Translations under genes and position numbers: made by a program | Notes under the pieces: generated by a model | The model's database searches: none | What the model was told of the DNA's origin: nothing | Seen by the model: only the letters and a program-made list of their open reading frames with translations | Part shown: positions 37,922 to 48,422 of the stretch, piece after piece | How the letters are laid out: each line of letters opens with the position of its first letter | Numbering within the stretch: position 1 is the first letter of the stretch | Source: Bdellovibrionales bacterium | GTDB lineage: Bacteria > Bdellovibrionota > Bdellovibrionia > Bdellovibrionales > UBA1609 | Assembly (NCBI GenBank): GCA_019695175.1 | Contig: JAIBAM010000003.1 | Location: 35,033-99,032, forward strand | Length of the DNA: 64,000 nt | Direction of reading: 5' to 3'

Positions 37922-38641
37922 TTAAGCCCCGGTCATGGTGAAAGCGTCTTCATTTTCAACTGAAACTAGGGGGGCTGGCCAAAACCAATTTAATAATGGG
38001 TCCAATGCAATCGTATCAACTACCTCAACTGCAGAGGATCCAACTTCTTGCACCAAGTTTTTTATATGACTTTGCCCTGGACCAAGGACTGCAATTTTTT
38101 TCACACTGGGTTCATTCACCAACCCTCGAATCAATCGACGAAAGTCCATTTCTTTAGGAATCAATGAATGATACTCACCATTGGGTTCAAGCGAAAGCAA
38201 ACCAAATTCTGCCAAGGAAATCCCAGACAAAATGGGTAAAGCCCCTTTATTCAACTCAACTTTAACTGAACCGTTAGCAAGCGCTGAGCTGGAACGAACC
38301 ATGTTGTCAAACGATTGTTGCCCAGAGATCACTTTCAAAGGAGCATCTCCATTGACCAAGCCTGCGACCAACCTTGGCATCTTAAAAGAACGAAGGAATC
38401 TTTGTAACAATCCCATTTGCACCACAGCAGTGACTAAGTTTTTCATTCTTAAATTGCCTAAAAAAGTCTGATCATCCGAGGAAATAAAATTAGCCAAATC
38501 CAATGAATTTTCTGAGGTCTGATCCCAAACTTCTTGGGCTTCACGGATGCGTTGATAAACTTCTGGAATCCGCACCACATTGCTGCGAACTTCGTTGAAC
38601 TCCATAGAATTGACTGTGCTTACAACTAAGGCATCAAACAT
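37922..38641 (-). CDS. hypothetical protein, possible degenerate FabD-like acyltransferase fold lacking the GHSxG nucleophile
   Basis: 239-aa ORF. By eye, ..LVTAVVQMGLLQRFLRSFKMPRLVAGLVNGDAPLKVISGQQSFDNMVRSS parallels the FabD ..QPAL..L...G..P..vaGHSLGE..AL.aAG.lsf.d region. GLVNGD stands in place of GHSLGE. Confidence 0.3.
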   Translation of the reverse strand: MFDALVVSTVNSMEFNEVRSNVVRIPEVYQRIREAQEVWDQTSENSLDLANFISSDDQTFLGNLRMKNLVTAVVQMGLLQRFLRSFKMPRLVAGLVNGDAPLKVISGQQSFDNMVRSSSALANGSVKVELNKGALPILSGISLAEFGLLSLEPNGEYHSLIPKEMDFRRLIRGLVNEPSVKKIAVLGPGQSHIKNLVQEVGSSAVEVVDTIALDPLLNWFWPAPLVSVENEDAFTMTGA

Positions 38642-39183
38642 TTATCCCCCCCTCTTAAGGATTAATTTTAATAGAATTATTTTTATAGCCACCAGCTTCA
38701 AAAAAACATTCTATTTTTATATTAAACCAAAACCCGTTTTCTGCTTTTGCACCATGCTCAGCAGTTGATGTTCAATTGGTTCTTACCTTCTAGTCACTTA
38801 ACCTACATCCCTAAATCCAATCCCTAAACCCCTGTATCCCTGTATCCCTTAAACTCGCTTTCCCACTTACCGCTCTTACCTCACTTAAGTCCCCCGCGAT
38901 AGAAATTACTTGAGCAATTCCTGTGCCTTACTTAAATTATCTTCTTCTGCAAAATAACCCATATAGTACGAAGCAGCATTATATTTCCTCTATGTAAAAA
39001 ATTTCCACTCAATTGAAAAGGACGGAAGTCTTGGAGCATCAATCTTTTAGTAAGAATAAAAAAAATTTCTTAGTGCCCAAGCAGGCATGATGAAGTGGTG
39101 ATGGGCAACTTCGATCCGAAGCTTAAACACTCCAAAACAAAATCTGGACGACCCAGAGGATCACAGTTTAGAATTATTGCAAG

Positions 39184-40125
39184 ATGGCAATTTTAGGTCG
39201 CACATCAAGGATGATGTCTCAATTTCGTGGCAGTGGCTTCCGGCCACCCTTTGAAAGCTCATACATTTACCTCTTCATTCTCTTTTTAGGTTACTTAATT
39301 TCTGATCTAAGCATTTTGAATTTGCGACCTGCCATGCTCCCGACCAAAGCTCCCCCTCTTCAATCCCTCACAACACATGGCGAAAAAATAAGCAACAGGT
39401 CCAGCTACACTGTGGTTTCGGATCGGAATTTATTTAATGCTGACGGAGTGATCCCGCCCACGTTGGCGTCTCAACAACAAGAAAATAAGGTTGATGAAAG
39501 CTCCGCCCCCGTTTTGTCTCAGTTACCGCTAAAACTGGAAGGAACTATTGTGCATTTAAATCCAGAGAGATCCGTGGCCACCATTACTATCCAAGCTAAA
39601 AATGAAACAAAGTCTTTTATCATCGAAGATGAAGTGGCGGGATTGGCTCGAATTGTTAAAATTGAACGACAAAAAGTCATTTTTAGAAATTTAAATAATA
39701 ATCGTTTAGAGTATATTGAAATTCCCAAGGAAATGACATTGAGTTTTGGCGTTAAAACTGAAGCAAACCCTAATGAAGAAGTTGTTAAAAGTGGTGAATT
39801 TGATTTCTCCATGCGAAGAGAGGATTTAAACAAGTACACCGCCAATTTAAGTTCCATTTTAAATCAAGCCCGAATGGTACCTAACATTGCACCCGGATCA
39901 GGGGGACGAATTGATGGCTTTCGCTTTATTTCTATGCAACCAAATAGTATTTATGAAAAACTTGGTTTTAAGCCCGGTGATGTGATTAAAAGTGTTAATG
40001 GCGAGCCCGTCAACTCCCCGGCAAAGGCCATGGAAATGTATAATGCTCTAAGATCAGATGCTCGCATTCAAATTGGAGTGGAACGAGGGGGACGGGATGA
40101 GACATTTAATTATGAGGTTAAATAG
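39184..40125 (+). CDS. gspC: type II secretion protein GspC (N-terminal TM, C-terminal PDZ)
   Basis: TM segment YIYLFILFLGYLISDLSIL. PDZ-like FISMQPNSIYEKLGFKPGDVIKSVNGEPVNSPAKAMEMYNAL. Immediately upstream of gspD. Confidence 0.75.
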   Translation: MAILGRTSRMMSQFRGSGFRPPFESSYIYLFILFLGYLISDLSILNLRPAMLPTKAPPLQSLTTHGEKISNRSSYTVVSDRNLFNADGVIPPTLASQQQENKVDESSAPVLSQLPLKLEGTIVHLNPERSVATITIQAKNETKSFIIEDEVAGLARIVKIERQKVIFRNLNNNRLEYIEIPKEMTLSFGVKTEANPNEEVVKSGEFDFSMRREDLNKYTANLSSILNQARMVPNIAPGSGGRIDGFRFISMQPNSIYEKLGFKPGDVIKSVNGEPVNSPAKAMEMYNALRSDARIQIGVERGGRDETFNYEVK

Positions 40126-40200
40126 TTATTACAAATAGCAAGGCAACGATTTTAATAAAATAAAAATACTTCAAGTATTTCAGCCAAGGAAGGGTGAATT

Positions 40201-42495
40201 ATGGGCCAGCAGATGTCGATGAACATCATCAGAAAGACGATCCATGAAACAGCAAAATTTATTTTTATATTTCCTTTTTTCTTTTCTCACTACAGTCAAG
40301 CACAAGAAAATGCATTTTTAAATTCAAACTCTAAAAATAAGACTTCTTTTGCTCCTCCGGAAGGAACTCGTGATAAAAAAGGAGGCTTTGTAAGTGATAA
40401 AACCAAGGCTAAATTTTCAGAAGCCAACATTGAAGATATAAACAATAAAAATTTTCCAGATTTAATTGAGAGTTTTGATTACCCCAATGCGGAAATTACG
40501 GATGTGGTCAAAGCTATTTCCGAGCTTACCGGAAAAAACTTTATTATTGATCCTGCTGTTCGAGGTAAAATAACCATCATTGCACCTTCACAAATCACTG
40601 TGGCTGAAGCCTACAAAGCCTTTCTTTCAGCCCTAGCGATCAATGGAATGGCTGTGGTACCCACTGGGGACGGTTTTTTAAAAATCAAACCAGCACGGGA
40701 AGCGCAAAGGGACTCCATAGAAACCTACTCAGGAAGCTATTACCCCAACTCTGACACCATGATCACTAAAATTATCAAACTGAAATATATTAGTGCTGAA
40801 GAAGTAAATAAAAATTTACGCCAGCTTCAGTCCAAAGTAGGTGAAATAAATCCCTACCCACCCACCAACTCTATTATTATGACGGACTACGGATCCAATG
40901 TGGATCGTTTCATGAAAATCATTACCCAATTAGACATCCCTGGTTACGAGGAACAACTGGAAGTTATGCGCATTAAATATGCAAAAGCCAAAGACATGGC
41001 TGACTTGATAGATCAAATTATCACTAAGGGCGAAGGACGCGGTGGTGGCAATCAAGGTTTTGGGGGTGTTCCTCGATTCCGCAGAGCAAGTCCTGATGGC
41101 GGTGGAGGTAACGCCACGGGAGATATCCCCAGTTTAGTTCTACCCGACGATCGCACCAATTCTATCATCGTGGTGGGCAACCAAGCTGCCGTGGATAAAA
41201 CCAGAAAACTAGTGGCGCGTTTAGATTTTCGCTTAAGACCTGAGGATGAAGGCGGCGTTTTTGTTTATTACGTGCGCTACTCTGAAGCTGAAAAAATTGC
41301 CGAAATGATTAATGGTATTGCAACTGAATCTAAAAAGGCTATGGATCAAGGTCCAGGAACAGCCCGTCCTGGAGTCACCGGGGCGGCCCCGGGCCCCTCT
41401 GCCAACGTGATTTTTGGCGGTGACGTTAAAGTCACAGCGGACAAAATCACCAATAGTTTGATAGTGGTCTCCAGTAAACCCGACTATGAAAAAGTTAAAA
41501 ATTTACTTTCAAAAATTGATATTGCTCGTGATCAAGTTTTTGTAAAAACAATTATTATGGAGTTAGCAGCACAGGATAAAGCTAAATGGGGTATTGATTA
41601 CTACCGTTTTGACAAAGCCAGTGCAGGAATTGGGCGAATGGGCTTTCGAAGCTCAGACAGTGTCTCTTCCATTCTCTCTCCCGAAAGTGATAGTGGTGGA
41701 ACTTTTGGTTTTGGTTTTGGGGGAACTTTTGATCTTAAAACATCCACAGGAACCATACCAGTGGCCTCCTTAACTGGATTAATTAACTTTTTTAAAAGCA
41801 ATGTTTCAACAAATATTCTTTCCGAACCGACCGTCATGGCTTTAGATAATGAGGAAGCTCTGATTGAAGTGGGAGATAAAGTTCCTGTTTCATTAACCAC
41901 AAGCATGGCCGCTGGAGGAATTTCGCAACAAAGTGCCAACCGCGAACCCGTTACCATTAAACTCACTTTAACCCCTTACATCAGTCCCGACACAGACTCT
42001 GTACAAATGAAAATCAATCAGGAAATCAATCAAATCTCTACTACGAACGTTGGTGGTGCCTCTGAAGTCGCTAAAAATGGTGTCACCACATCCACTCGAA
42101 ATGTAAAAACCCAAATCGTCGTTAACAGTGGAGATACCGCCGTTCTCGGAGGTTTGATGCAAGACAAAGATGAGGAAACTATTAAAAAAATTCCTATCCT
42201 TGGTGATATCCCCATTTTAGGTTGGCTTTTCAAATCTAAACTAACAGAAAAAAATAAAAAGAATTTAATGATTTTCATCACTCCCAAAGTCGTGCGCAAT
42301 GGCGATGACAGTGGGGCCATTCTCAATCAAAAACTCAATGAACGCATTGAGTTCATTCAACGCAGCATGAATGGACGTGACCCTTTTGGTGAAATCCTTG
42401 ACAACTTACCACGTCGGGCCGCTAAAGAAACCTCTCCCAATCCAGATATGGAAGAAATGGAAAACAACGAAGAACCGGCAGGGGAATCTCTTTAA
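40201..42495 (+). CDS. gspD: type II secretion secretin GspD
   Basis: N0-N3 repeats (NSIIVVG, NSLIVVSS). Secretin core DQVFVKTIIMELA.. and KIPILGDIPILGWLFKS..NLMIFITPKVV. Confidence 0.95.
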   Translation: MGQQMSMNIIRKTIHETAKFIFIFPFFFSHYSQAQENAFLNSNSKNKTSFAPPEGTRDKKGGFVSDKTKAKFSEANIEDINNKNFPDLIESFDYPNAEITDVVKAISELTGKNFIIDPAVRGKITIIAPSQITVAEAYKAFLSALAINGMAVVPTGDGFLKIKPAREAQRDSIETYSGSYYPNSDTMITKIIKLKYISAEEVNKNLRQLQSKVGEINPYPPTNSIIMTDYGSNVDRFMKIITQLDIPGYEEQLEVMRIKYAKAKDMADLIDQIITKGEGRGGGNQGFGGVPRFRRASPDGGGGNATGDIPSLVLPDDRTNSIIVVGNQAAVDKTRKLVARLDFRLRPEDEGGVFVYYVRYSEAEKIAEMINGIATESKKAMDQGPGTARPGVTGAAPGPSANVIFGGDVKVTADKITNSLIVVSSKPDYEKVKNLLSKIDIARDQVFVKTIIMELAAQDKAKWGIDYYRFDKASAGIGRMGFRSSDSVSSILSPESDSGGTFGFGFGGTFDLKTSTGTIPVASLTGLINFFKSNVSTNILSEPTVMALDNEEALIEVGDKVPVSLTTSMAAGGISQQSANREPVTIKLTLTPYISPDTDSVQMKINQEINQISTTNVGGASEVAKNGVTTSTRNVKTQIVVNSGDTAVLGGLMQDKDEETIKKIPILGDIPILGWLFKSKLTEKNKKNLMIFITPKVVRNGDDSGAILNQKLNERIEFIQRSMNGRDPFGEILDNLPRRAAKETSPNPDMEEMENNEEPAGESL

Positions 42496-44175
42496 ATGAA
42501 TTTCACCAGTATAATAGCTAAAGCCACCAGTCTGTCGAATGAGGAAGTGCAAATGCTTTTAAACTTTCTCAATCAAAGTGGCATCACTTTAGAGGAAGCC
42601 ACTAGAGAACAACAGTACACCAATCCTGAGGACGCTGTAGCTGATCTTTGCAAACATTTACAAATTGATTTTATTAAAGATATCCCCGTCAATGATATTT
42701 CAGCCGAAATGGTTCGTGACATTCCAATTAATTATGCCAAAAATCATCAAGTGCTACCCTATAAAACTGAATCTGATCGCGTGTATGTTCTAACTACCAA
42801 CCCGCTCAACCGCAAAGCCATTGATGATTTACGAGTTCGTTTTGATAAACGCATTCACCCACTTATGACCACTTCTTCCCGTTTGCACGATGCAATAAAT
42901 CGTGTTTATGAAAAAAGCACGGCGGCCCTGGAGGGATTGGAAACCATTGAAAGTGAAGAATATGATTTGGACGATCCTGTCATTGATTTGTTAGAAGCTG
43001 GTGATGATGATGCCCCTGTGATCAAATTGGTTAACACTCTTTTATTTCGTGCAGTCAAGGAAAAGGCTTCAGATATTCATATTGAACCTTTTGAACGGGA
43101 CATGTCGGTGCGGTTTCGTGTGGATGGTATTATGTTTGAAATTTTCAAACCACCCAAAAAATTACAAAATGCGATCACCTCTCGTATAAAAGTAATGGGA
43201 AATTTAAATATCGCTGAAAAAAGACTACCTCAGGATGGCCGCATTCCACTTAAATTAGCGGGTAAAGATATCGATGTTCGTCTTAGCACAGTTCCAACGG
43301 CATTCGGCGAACGCCTGGTGATGCGTTTGCAAGACCGATCGAATGTGATTTTAGAATTAGTACAACTGGGATTTTCTGAAGACAGTTTGAAAAAAATTGA
43401 TCATTTATTAAATAAAACTTATGGGATTGTTTTGGTCACAGGACCCACCGGAAGTGGTAAATCCACCACCCTCTATGCTTGTCTTTCAAAAATTAACAGT
43501 GTGGATAAAAACATTATTACGGTAGAAGATCCGGTGGAACAAAGAATTCATGGCATTGGTCAGATTCAAGTGAACGCCAAAATCGGACTGACTTTTGCCA
43601 GCGGTTTACGCTCCATTCTTCGCCAAGACCCTGAAATTATCATGATCGGTGAGATTCGTGATTTGGAAACTGCTGAGATCGCAATCAACTCTTCCCTTAC
43701 CGGTCACCTTGTGCTTTCCACTATCCACACCAATGACGCTGCCGGAGCCTTCCCTCGATTGATTGACATGGGTTGTGAACCCTTCCTTATTGCCACATCC
43801 CTTTTAGGGGTCGTTGCTCAACGTTTAGTGCGAGTGCTCTGCCCCCATTGCAAAGAGCCCTACACACCAACAGATGTGGAGCTTCGCAGCTTAGAATTAA
43901 CCCGTGAAGCATTGACTGGTGCAACTCCCCACCGAGCTGTGGGATGCGCTGAGTGCAATCAAAAAGGTTACATTGGACGCTCAGTGATTCAAGAACTTCT
44001 TCTGGTAAACGATGAAATTCGCAGTTTAATCATGCAGAGAAAAGATGGAAATACAATCAAAAAAGAAGCTCTTCGCCAAGGCATGTCCACTTTACGTGAA
44101 CATGGAATTCAAAAAATGTTAACGGGAATCACCTCGGTCGAAGAAGTTTTGGCAAATACACAAATGGATATCTAG
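42496..44175 (+). CDS. gspE: type II secretion ATPase GspE
   Basis: Walker A GPTGSGKSTT, Asp box, Walker B IIMIGEIRD, His box TGHLVLSTIHTND, and the tetracysteine CPHC..CAEC. The ATG directly follows the gspD stop. Confidence 0.96.
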   Translation: MNFTSIIAKATSLSNEEVQMLLNFLNQSGITLEEATREQQYTNPEDAVADLCKHLQIDFIKDIPVNDISAEMVRDIPINYAKNHQVLPYKTESDRVYVLTTNPLNRKAIDDLRVRFDKRIHPLMTTSSRLHDAINRVYEKSTAALEGLETIESEEYDLDDPVIDLLEAGDDDAPVIKLVNTLLFRAVKEKASDIHIEPFERDMSVRFRVDGIMFEIFKPPKKLQNAITSRIKVMGNLNIAEKRLPQDGRIPLKLAGKDIDVRLSTVPTAFGERLVMRLQDRSNVILELVQLGFSEDSLKKIDHLLNKTYGIVLVTGPTGSGKSTTLYACLSKINSVDKNIITVEDPVEQRIHGIGQIQVNAKIGLTFASGLRSILRQDPEIIMIGEIRDLETAEIAINSSLTGHLVLSTIHTNDAAGAFPRLIDMGCEPFLIATSLLGVVAQRLVRVLCPHCKEPYTPTDVELRSLELTREALTGATPHRAVGCAECNQKGYIGRSVIQELLLVNDEIRSLIMQRKDGNTIKKEALRQGMSTLREHGIQKMLTGITSVEEVLANTQMDI

Positions 44176-44250
44176 TTTGCTTTAAATGTGATTTCCTTAA
44201 CTAAAGATTATTGTATTTAAAACATTGAGTGTAAAAGGACTCGTACTTTC

Positions 44251-45474
44251 ATGGCCATATTTGAATATCGTGGATTGAATCGAGCGGGAAAAAATGTACG
44301 CGGCACCGTTGAAGCCGACAATTCTAAAACCGCCAGATCACGTCTTAAAAAAGATGGTATTTTTGTTATTGATCTCAAAGATAAGTCCAAATCCACAAAA
44401 AAAAATAAAGGGAACAAACCGTCATCTCAAGGCGGATCAGTCGGAGTGGAAGTCCTCTCTACCATGACTCGTCAATTGGCTTCATTGTTAAAGGCCAACG
44501 TCCCATTAGTTGATGCATTAGGAGCGGTTTCTGAACAAGTAGAGAATGCCACTCTGTCAGAAGTGATGGCTGAAATGAGAAGTTCCATTAACGAAGGGGG
44601 ATCCTTTCACCGGGGCTTAGCTAAGTACCCCAAGATTTTTGACACCACTTATGTTTCCATGTGTGAAGCTGGTGAAATGTCTGGAACCCTTGATGTCATT
44701 TTAATTCGTTTAGCCGAATTTACTGAAGCGCAAGCCGCTTTGAATACAAAAGTGCGTTCTGCAATGATCTATCCTGTGGTTATGATGGTCTTTACCACTC
44801 TTTTACTGGGTGTTCTGTCTGTCTTTGTCATCCCTAAAATTGTCTCCGTATTTGAATCCTTTCCCGAGATCACCTTACCTTGGTACACTATTGCAGTAAT
44901 CCATTTTAGTGAATTTGTGGTGAGTTACTGGCATGTTCTTATTGTGGCAGGAGTTATACTTTATTTTTTATTTCGCAGTTGGAAAAACACTCCCGAAGGT
45001 CGAGCACAATGGGACGCTCTATTTTTAAAATTTCCTCTGGTAGGGAAATTAGCACGGATGGTGGCGGTTTCCAGATTCACCCGAACTCTTGCCACTCTAC
45101 TCACTGGCGGTGTTCCCATGTTGGCAGCCCTAGGAATCGTGAGAAATGTGGTAAATAATGAAGTCATCGCTAAAGCTATTGATCAGGGTCGAGAAAATGT
45201 GAGTGAAGGTGAGTCCATCGCCAGTCCTTTGAAAAAATCCGAACAGTTCCCTCCCCTTGTTATTCACATGATTAGTATTGGTGAAAAAACTGGAGACTTG
45301 GAAAATATGTTGATTCAAGTCAGTGAGGCCTATGACTTTCAAGTAAAGTCTGCAGTGGATGGCATCACTTCTCTTATGGAGCCACTTATGATTATTATTA
45401 TGGGATGCGTAATCGCCTTCATTGTTTTTGCAATCATGATTCCTATTTTTGAACTTTCAAACATTGGTGGATAA
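44251..45474 (+). CDS. gspF: type II secretion inner-membrane platform GspF
   Basis: MAIFEYRGLNRAGKNVRG.. and duplicated GspF domains (..CEAGEMSGTLD.., ..ISIGEKTGDLE..). Three TM regions. Confidence 0.95.
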   Translation: MAIFEYRGLNRAGKNVRGTVEADNSKTARSRLKKDGIFVIDLKDKSKSTKKNKGNKPSSQGGSVGVEVLSTMTRQLASLLKANVPLVDALGAVSEQVENATLSEVMAEMRSSINEGGSFHRGLAKYPKIFDTTYVSMCEAGEMSGTLDVILIRLAEFTEAQAALNTKVRSAMIYPVVMMVFTTLLLGVLSVFVIPKIVSVFESFPEITLPWYTIAVIHFSEFVVSYWHVLIVAGVILYFLFRSWKNTPEGRAQWDALFLKFPLVGKLARMVAVSRFTRTLATLLTGGVPMLAALGIVRNVVNNEVIAKAIDQGRENVSEGESIASPLKKSEQFPPLVIHMISIGEKTGDLENMLIQVSEAYDFQVKSAVDGITSLMEPLMIIIMGCVIAFIVFAIMIPIFELSNIGG

Positions 45475-45537
45475 TGATAAATGTAATAGATCAACAAATC
45501 AGACAATTTAAATTTCAGTCTGTAAAGCGGAGGCTTC

Positions 45538-45948
45538 ATGATACGTAATCGACGGGGTATGACTCTTTTAGAAATTATGATTGTTCTTGCGATTGTAGCC
45601 AGTCTTATTGGAATTTTGGCCGGACAGATTCGAGGTCGAATGAAAAAAGCACAAATGAACCAGGCTAAAATTCAAATCGGTGAGCTGAGCAAAGCGCTGG
45701 ATAACTATTACACCGATTGTAACTCCTATCCACCTGAATCAGAAGGGTTCCAAGCCTTAGTTAGTCAACCCACCTCTTGCACCAACTGGGGACCTGAGCC
45801 TTATCTTAAGAGACTCCCCAAAGATCCTTGGGGACAAGATTTTATTTATAAATCAAATGGTAGTTCTTTTAGTATCCTATCCTATGGAGCTGATAAAAAA
45901 GAAGGCGGCGCAGGTGAAGGGGCCGATATTTCCTCTGAGACCATGTAG
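45538..45948 (+). CDS. gspG: type II secretion major pseudopilin GspG
   Basis: RBS GGAGG. Prepilin leader MIRNRRG|MTLLEIMIVLAIV. ..PKDPWGQDFIYKS..SYGADKKEGG. Confidence 0.93.
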   Translation: MIRNRRGMTLLEIMIVLAIVASLIGILAGQIRGRMKKAQMNQAKIQIGELSKALDNYYTDCNSYPPESEGFQALVSQPTSCTNWGPEPYLKRLPKDPWGQDFIYKSNGSSFSILSYGADKKEGGAGEGADISSETM

Positions 45949-46618
45949 TCTTGTTGTAAACAAATTTAATTTTAAAAAAAGGGGAGCTCGAGGTTTTTCC
46001 TTGCTTGAGCTCATGATTGTACTGGGACTCGTTGCCGCCCTCGTAGCCTTGGCCGTTCCCAAACTCACAGGACAGAATAATCAAATACGCCAAGCAGTTC
46101 GAAAAATATCCTCCTTAGGACGACAGCTGCATAACAGCGCTATGATGAACGGCGCGATGTATCGTTTGGTGATTGACTTAAAAACAGATTCTTCCAAAGA
46201 TAAACAAGAGTACTGGGTCGAAGTGGCTACCAGTCAAAATGTGTTGCGGCCAGAGGAAATGGCCGAAACCTTGGCGGAACGCGAAAAGCGGGAACAAGAA
46301 AAAAGAGAATCAAAAAAAGACTCTGATTCCAAATCAGAAGAAGAACAAAAATTATTTACTGTGGATACAAAAATTTTAAAAAAACCTGAAACGCTTCCGG
46401 GGTCCCTCACTTTTGAAGATGTGGAATTTCGTCGCAGCAACAACCCCTTTAAAGAAGGTCGGGTTTATATCTACTTTTCTCCCCAGGGTCTTGCAGATGA
46501 AGCGGTCATCCATCTTAAGGCCAATGAAAAACTACGTTGGTCTTTGGCCCTTAGACCACTCACGGGAAAAACTGAAGTTATTACCGAATACATAAGTTTA
46601 AAGGCACTCCACGAATGA
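45884..46618 (+). CDS. gspH: type II secretion minor pseudopilin GspH (start uncertain)
   Basis: Prepilin site ..KKRGARG|FSLLELMIVLGLVAAL. The only canonical in-frame starts upstream of the cleavage site are ATG 45884 and GTG 45917, both inside the gspG 3' end. Confidence 0.7.
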   Translation: MELIKKKAAQVKGPIFPLRPCSLVVNKFNFKKRGARGFSLLELMIVLGLVAALVALAVPKLTGQNNQIRQAVRKISSLGRQLHNSAMMNGAMYRLVIDLKTDSSKDKQEYWVEVATSQNVLRPEEMAETLAEREKREQEKRESKKDSDSKSEEEQKLFTVDTKILKKPETLPGSLTFEDVEFRRSNNPFKEGRVYIYFSPQGLADEAVIHLKANEKLRWSLALRPLTGKTEVITEYISLKALHE

Positions 46619-47205
46619 ATCCTTCTGACAAAAAACACTTAGGATTTACTCTCCTCGAAGTTCTCATCGCTATGACAATTTTGGTAGGAGGCATGGTTAT
46701 CATGTCCACCTCATGGACTGGAAACTTTATGAGGGTGCGTAAAGCCACTCTTTACAACAATGTGGCCCTGTTATTGGAACGTAAAATGGTAGAGATCCAG
46801 GCCGAGTACACCAATAAATCCATTGAAGAAATCGTGGACAAAAGTGGTGATTTTGGCTCTGATCAACCCTTATACCGTTGGGAATTTAAAACCCATGAAT
46901 TTAAAATGCCTGACTTATCTGCCGCCATTTTAGGCAAAAATGGTGGTCAAAATGAAATGTTCCTAGAAATGGTTAAACAGTCCACGGAATTTATTTCCAA
47001 ATCGATTAAAGAGGGCACTGTTACTATTTTTGTAAAGACTGGTGGTAAAAATAAAGAGATGCCTTTTTCAGTCACAACCTATTTTATTGATTACAATCGG
47101 GAAATGCCCCTCCCAGGTGGTCTTCCCTCAAACCCTCAACCCTCTAACAACAATAGTAATGATAGCCCTGCAGGAGGTCAGAAATCTCAGGGCAAGGGAA
47201 CTTAG
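46615..47205 (+). CDS. gspI: type II secretion minor pseudopilin GspI
   Basis: ATGA coupling. Leader MNPSDKKHLG|FTLLEVLIAMTIL. Confidence 0.75.
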   Translation: MNPSDKKHLGFTLLEVLIAMTILVGGMVIMSTSWTGNFMRVRKATLYNNVALLLERKMVEIQAEYTNKSIEEIVDKSGDFGSDQPLYRWEFKTHEFKMPDLSAAILGKNGGQNEMFLEMVKQSTEFISKSIKEGTVTIFVKTGGKNKEMPFSVTTYFIDYNREMPLPGGLPSNPQPSNNNSNDSPAGGQKSQGKGT

Positions 47206-48158
47206 TGAATCTATCCCCTTCTCTTCCATGGCAGAAAGGATTCACTCTTCTTGAGATTATTATTGCCATGGCAATTCTTGCTTTTTTGACTCTCTTTACT
47301 GCCCAATCCATCCAAAAGGCTTTACAGAACAAATCAAAAATACAAGATGATATTGATCGATACAGTGCCATCAGAGATGCCTTAAGAGTCATGGAATCCG
47401 ATATTAATAAAGCTTTCAATTATCGCGACATTAATATTGAGCTCTACAACAATATTGTGAATTTAAGAAATAAAACTCCAGATAACAATTCCAACCCTGA
47501 GGCTCCAAAAAGTGCCACCGGAAAAGTGGACCCAATCCAAGCCAAATCACCCTTTGATCCCAATACAACAAACAATAGTCCAGAAACCCTCAAACCGAGA
47601 ATGGAAAGAATTGTCACCCAATTTCTAGGTGAATCCAATAAATTGGACTTTACAACTTTATCTTATGCCCGTGTATCCGCAGAGGAAAGAACTAGTGATC
47701 AAGCTAAAATTGGATATTTTTTAAAAGACTGTCGGAGCTGGAAAAATCGAACGAAAACATCCCGTTGTTTATATCGTAGAATTTCTTACCTACTTGATGA
47801 TGATGTGACAAAAGGAGGAGAAGAAACTCCCCTTTTGGAAAATGTCACTAAACTTGAATTTCAGTATTTAGGCCCTGTTGATCCAACCACCTGGGTCAAA
47901 AGTTGGTTTACCAACGCGCGTGGTGACGATCGAACGAAAGGTGTTTTCCCTTACGCCGTTGAAATTACCCTGGAAGTTGAAAACAAAACAAATCCTAAAA
48001 CAAAACCCATTCGTATGACCCTCATTGCATCTATCCGCAATCCCAATAATCCCGACAAGAAAAATTCAATGGACCCAACAGGTGCAATTACCAATCCAAA
48101 CGGCGATAAAGGAATCAATCCAAATTTTGATCCCGCCACGGGTCAACCCATAAAATAA
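47205..48158 (+). CDS. gspJ: type II secretion minor pseudopilin GspJ
   Basis: GTG start overlapping the gspI stop. Leader ..PWQKG|FTLLEIIIAMAILAFL. Longer than classical GspJ, with a Pro/Asn-rich tail. Confidence 0.7.
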   Translation: MNLSPSLPWQKGFTLLEIIIAMAILAFLTLFTAQSIQKALQNKSKIQDDIDRYSAIRDALRVMESDINKAFNYRDINIELYNNIVNLRNKTPDNNSNPEAPKSATGKVDPIQAKSPFDPNTTNNSPETLKPRMERIVTQFLGESNKLDFTTLSYARVSAEERTSDQAKIGYFLKDCRSWKNRTKTSRCLYRRISYLLDDDVTKGGEETPLLENVTKLEFQYLGPVDPTTWVKSWFTNARGDDRTKGVFPYAVEITLEVENKTNPKTKPIRMTLIASIRNPNNPDKKNSMDPTGAITNPNGDKGINPNFDPATGQPIK

Positions 48159-48303
48159 AATTTTAAATGATGGGAGAAAGTTACAGGAAAATTAGAGCAA
48201 AAAGCTTTTGAGCAACGGGACCAAAACCCCTAACTAAACAACCCACATCCAAAGTGGTTCCCAAAGGTAAAATTGGGTGGCTCCGACTTTTGAAATCTCG
48301 CAC

Positions 48304-48331
48304 TCAGTCATCAGTCATCAGTCATCAGTCA
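48304..48331. repeat. 7-bp tandem repeat x4 (tcagtca)
   Basis: Direct reading: four perfect copies, 92 nt left of the IS boundary. Confidence 0.9.
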
Positions 48332-48422
48332 TTTTAATTAACCTGGAATTTTATCTCCACTATTCTTCTTCTCAGTTTTTTTATTTTATCTGGGCTTTCA
48401 TCCGAGTCTTTACGAGCCAACG

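Noticed and set aside
38806-38850. Telomere-like ccctaa motifs and tccctgta x2 in the gspC upstream region
   Set aside because: There are only two ccctaa copies and a 2-copy 8-mer, too short to distinguish from chance in a 540-bp spacer.
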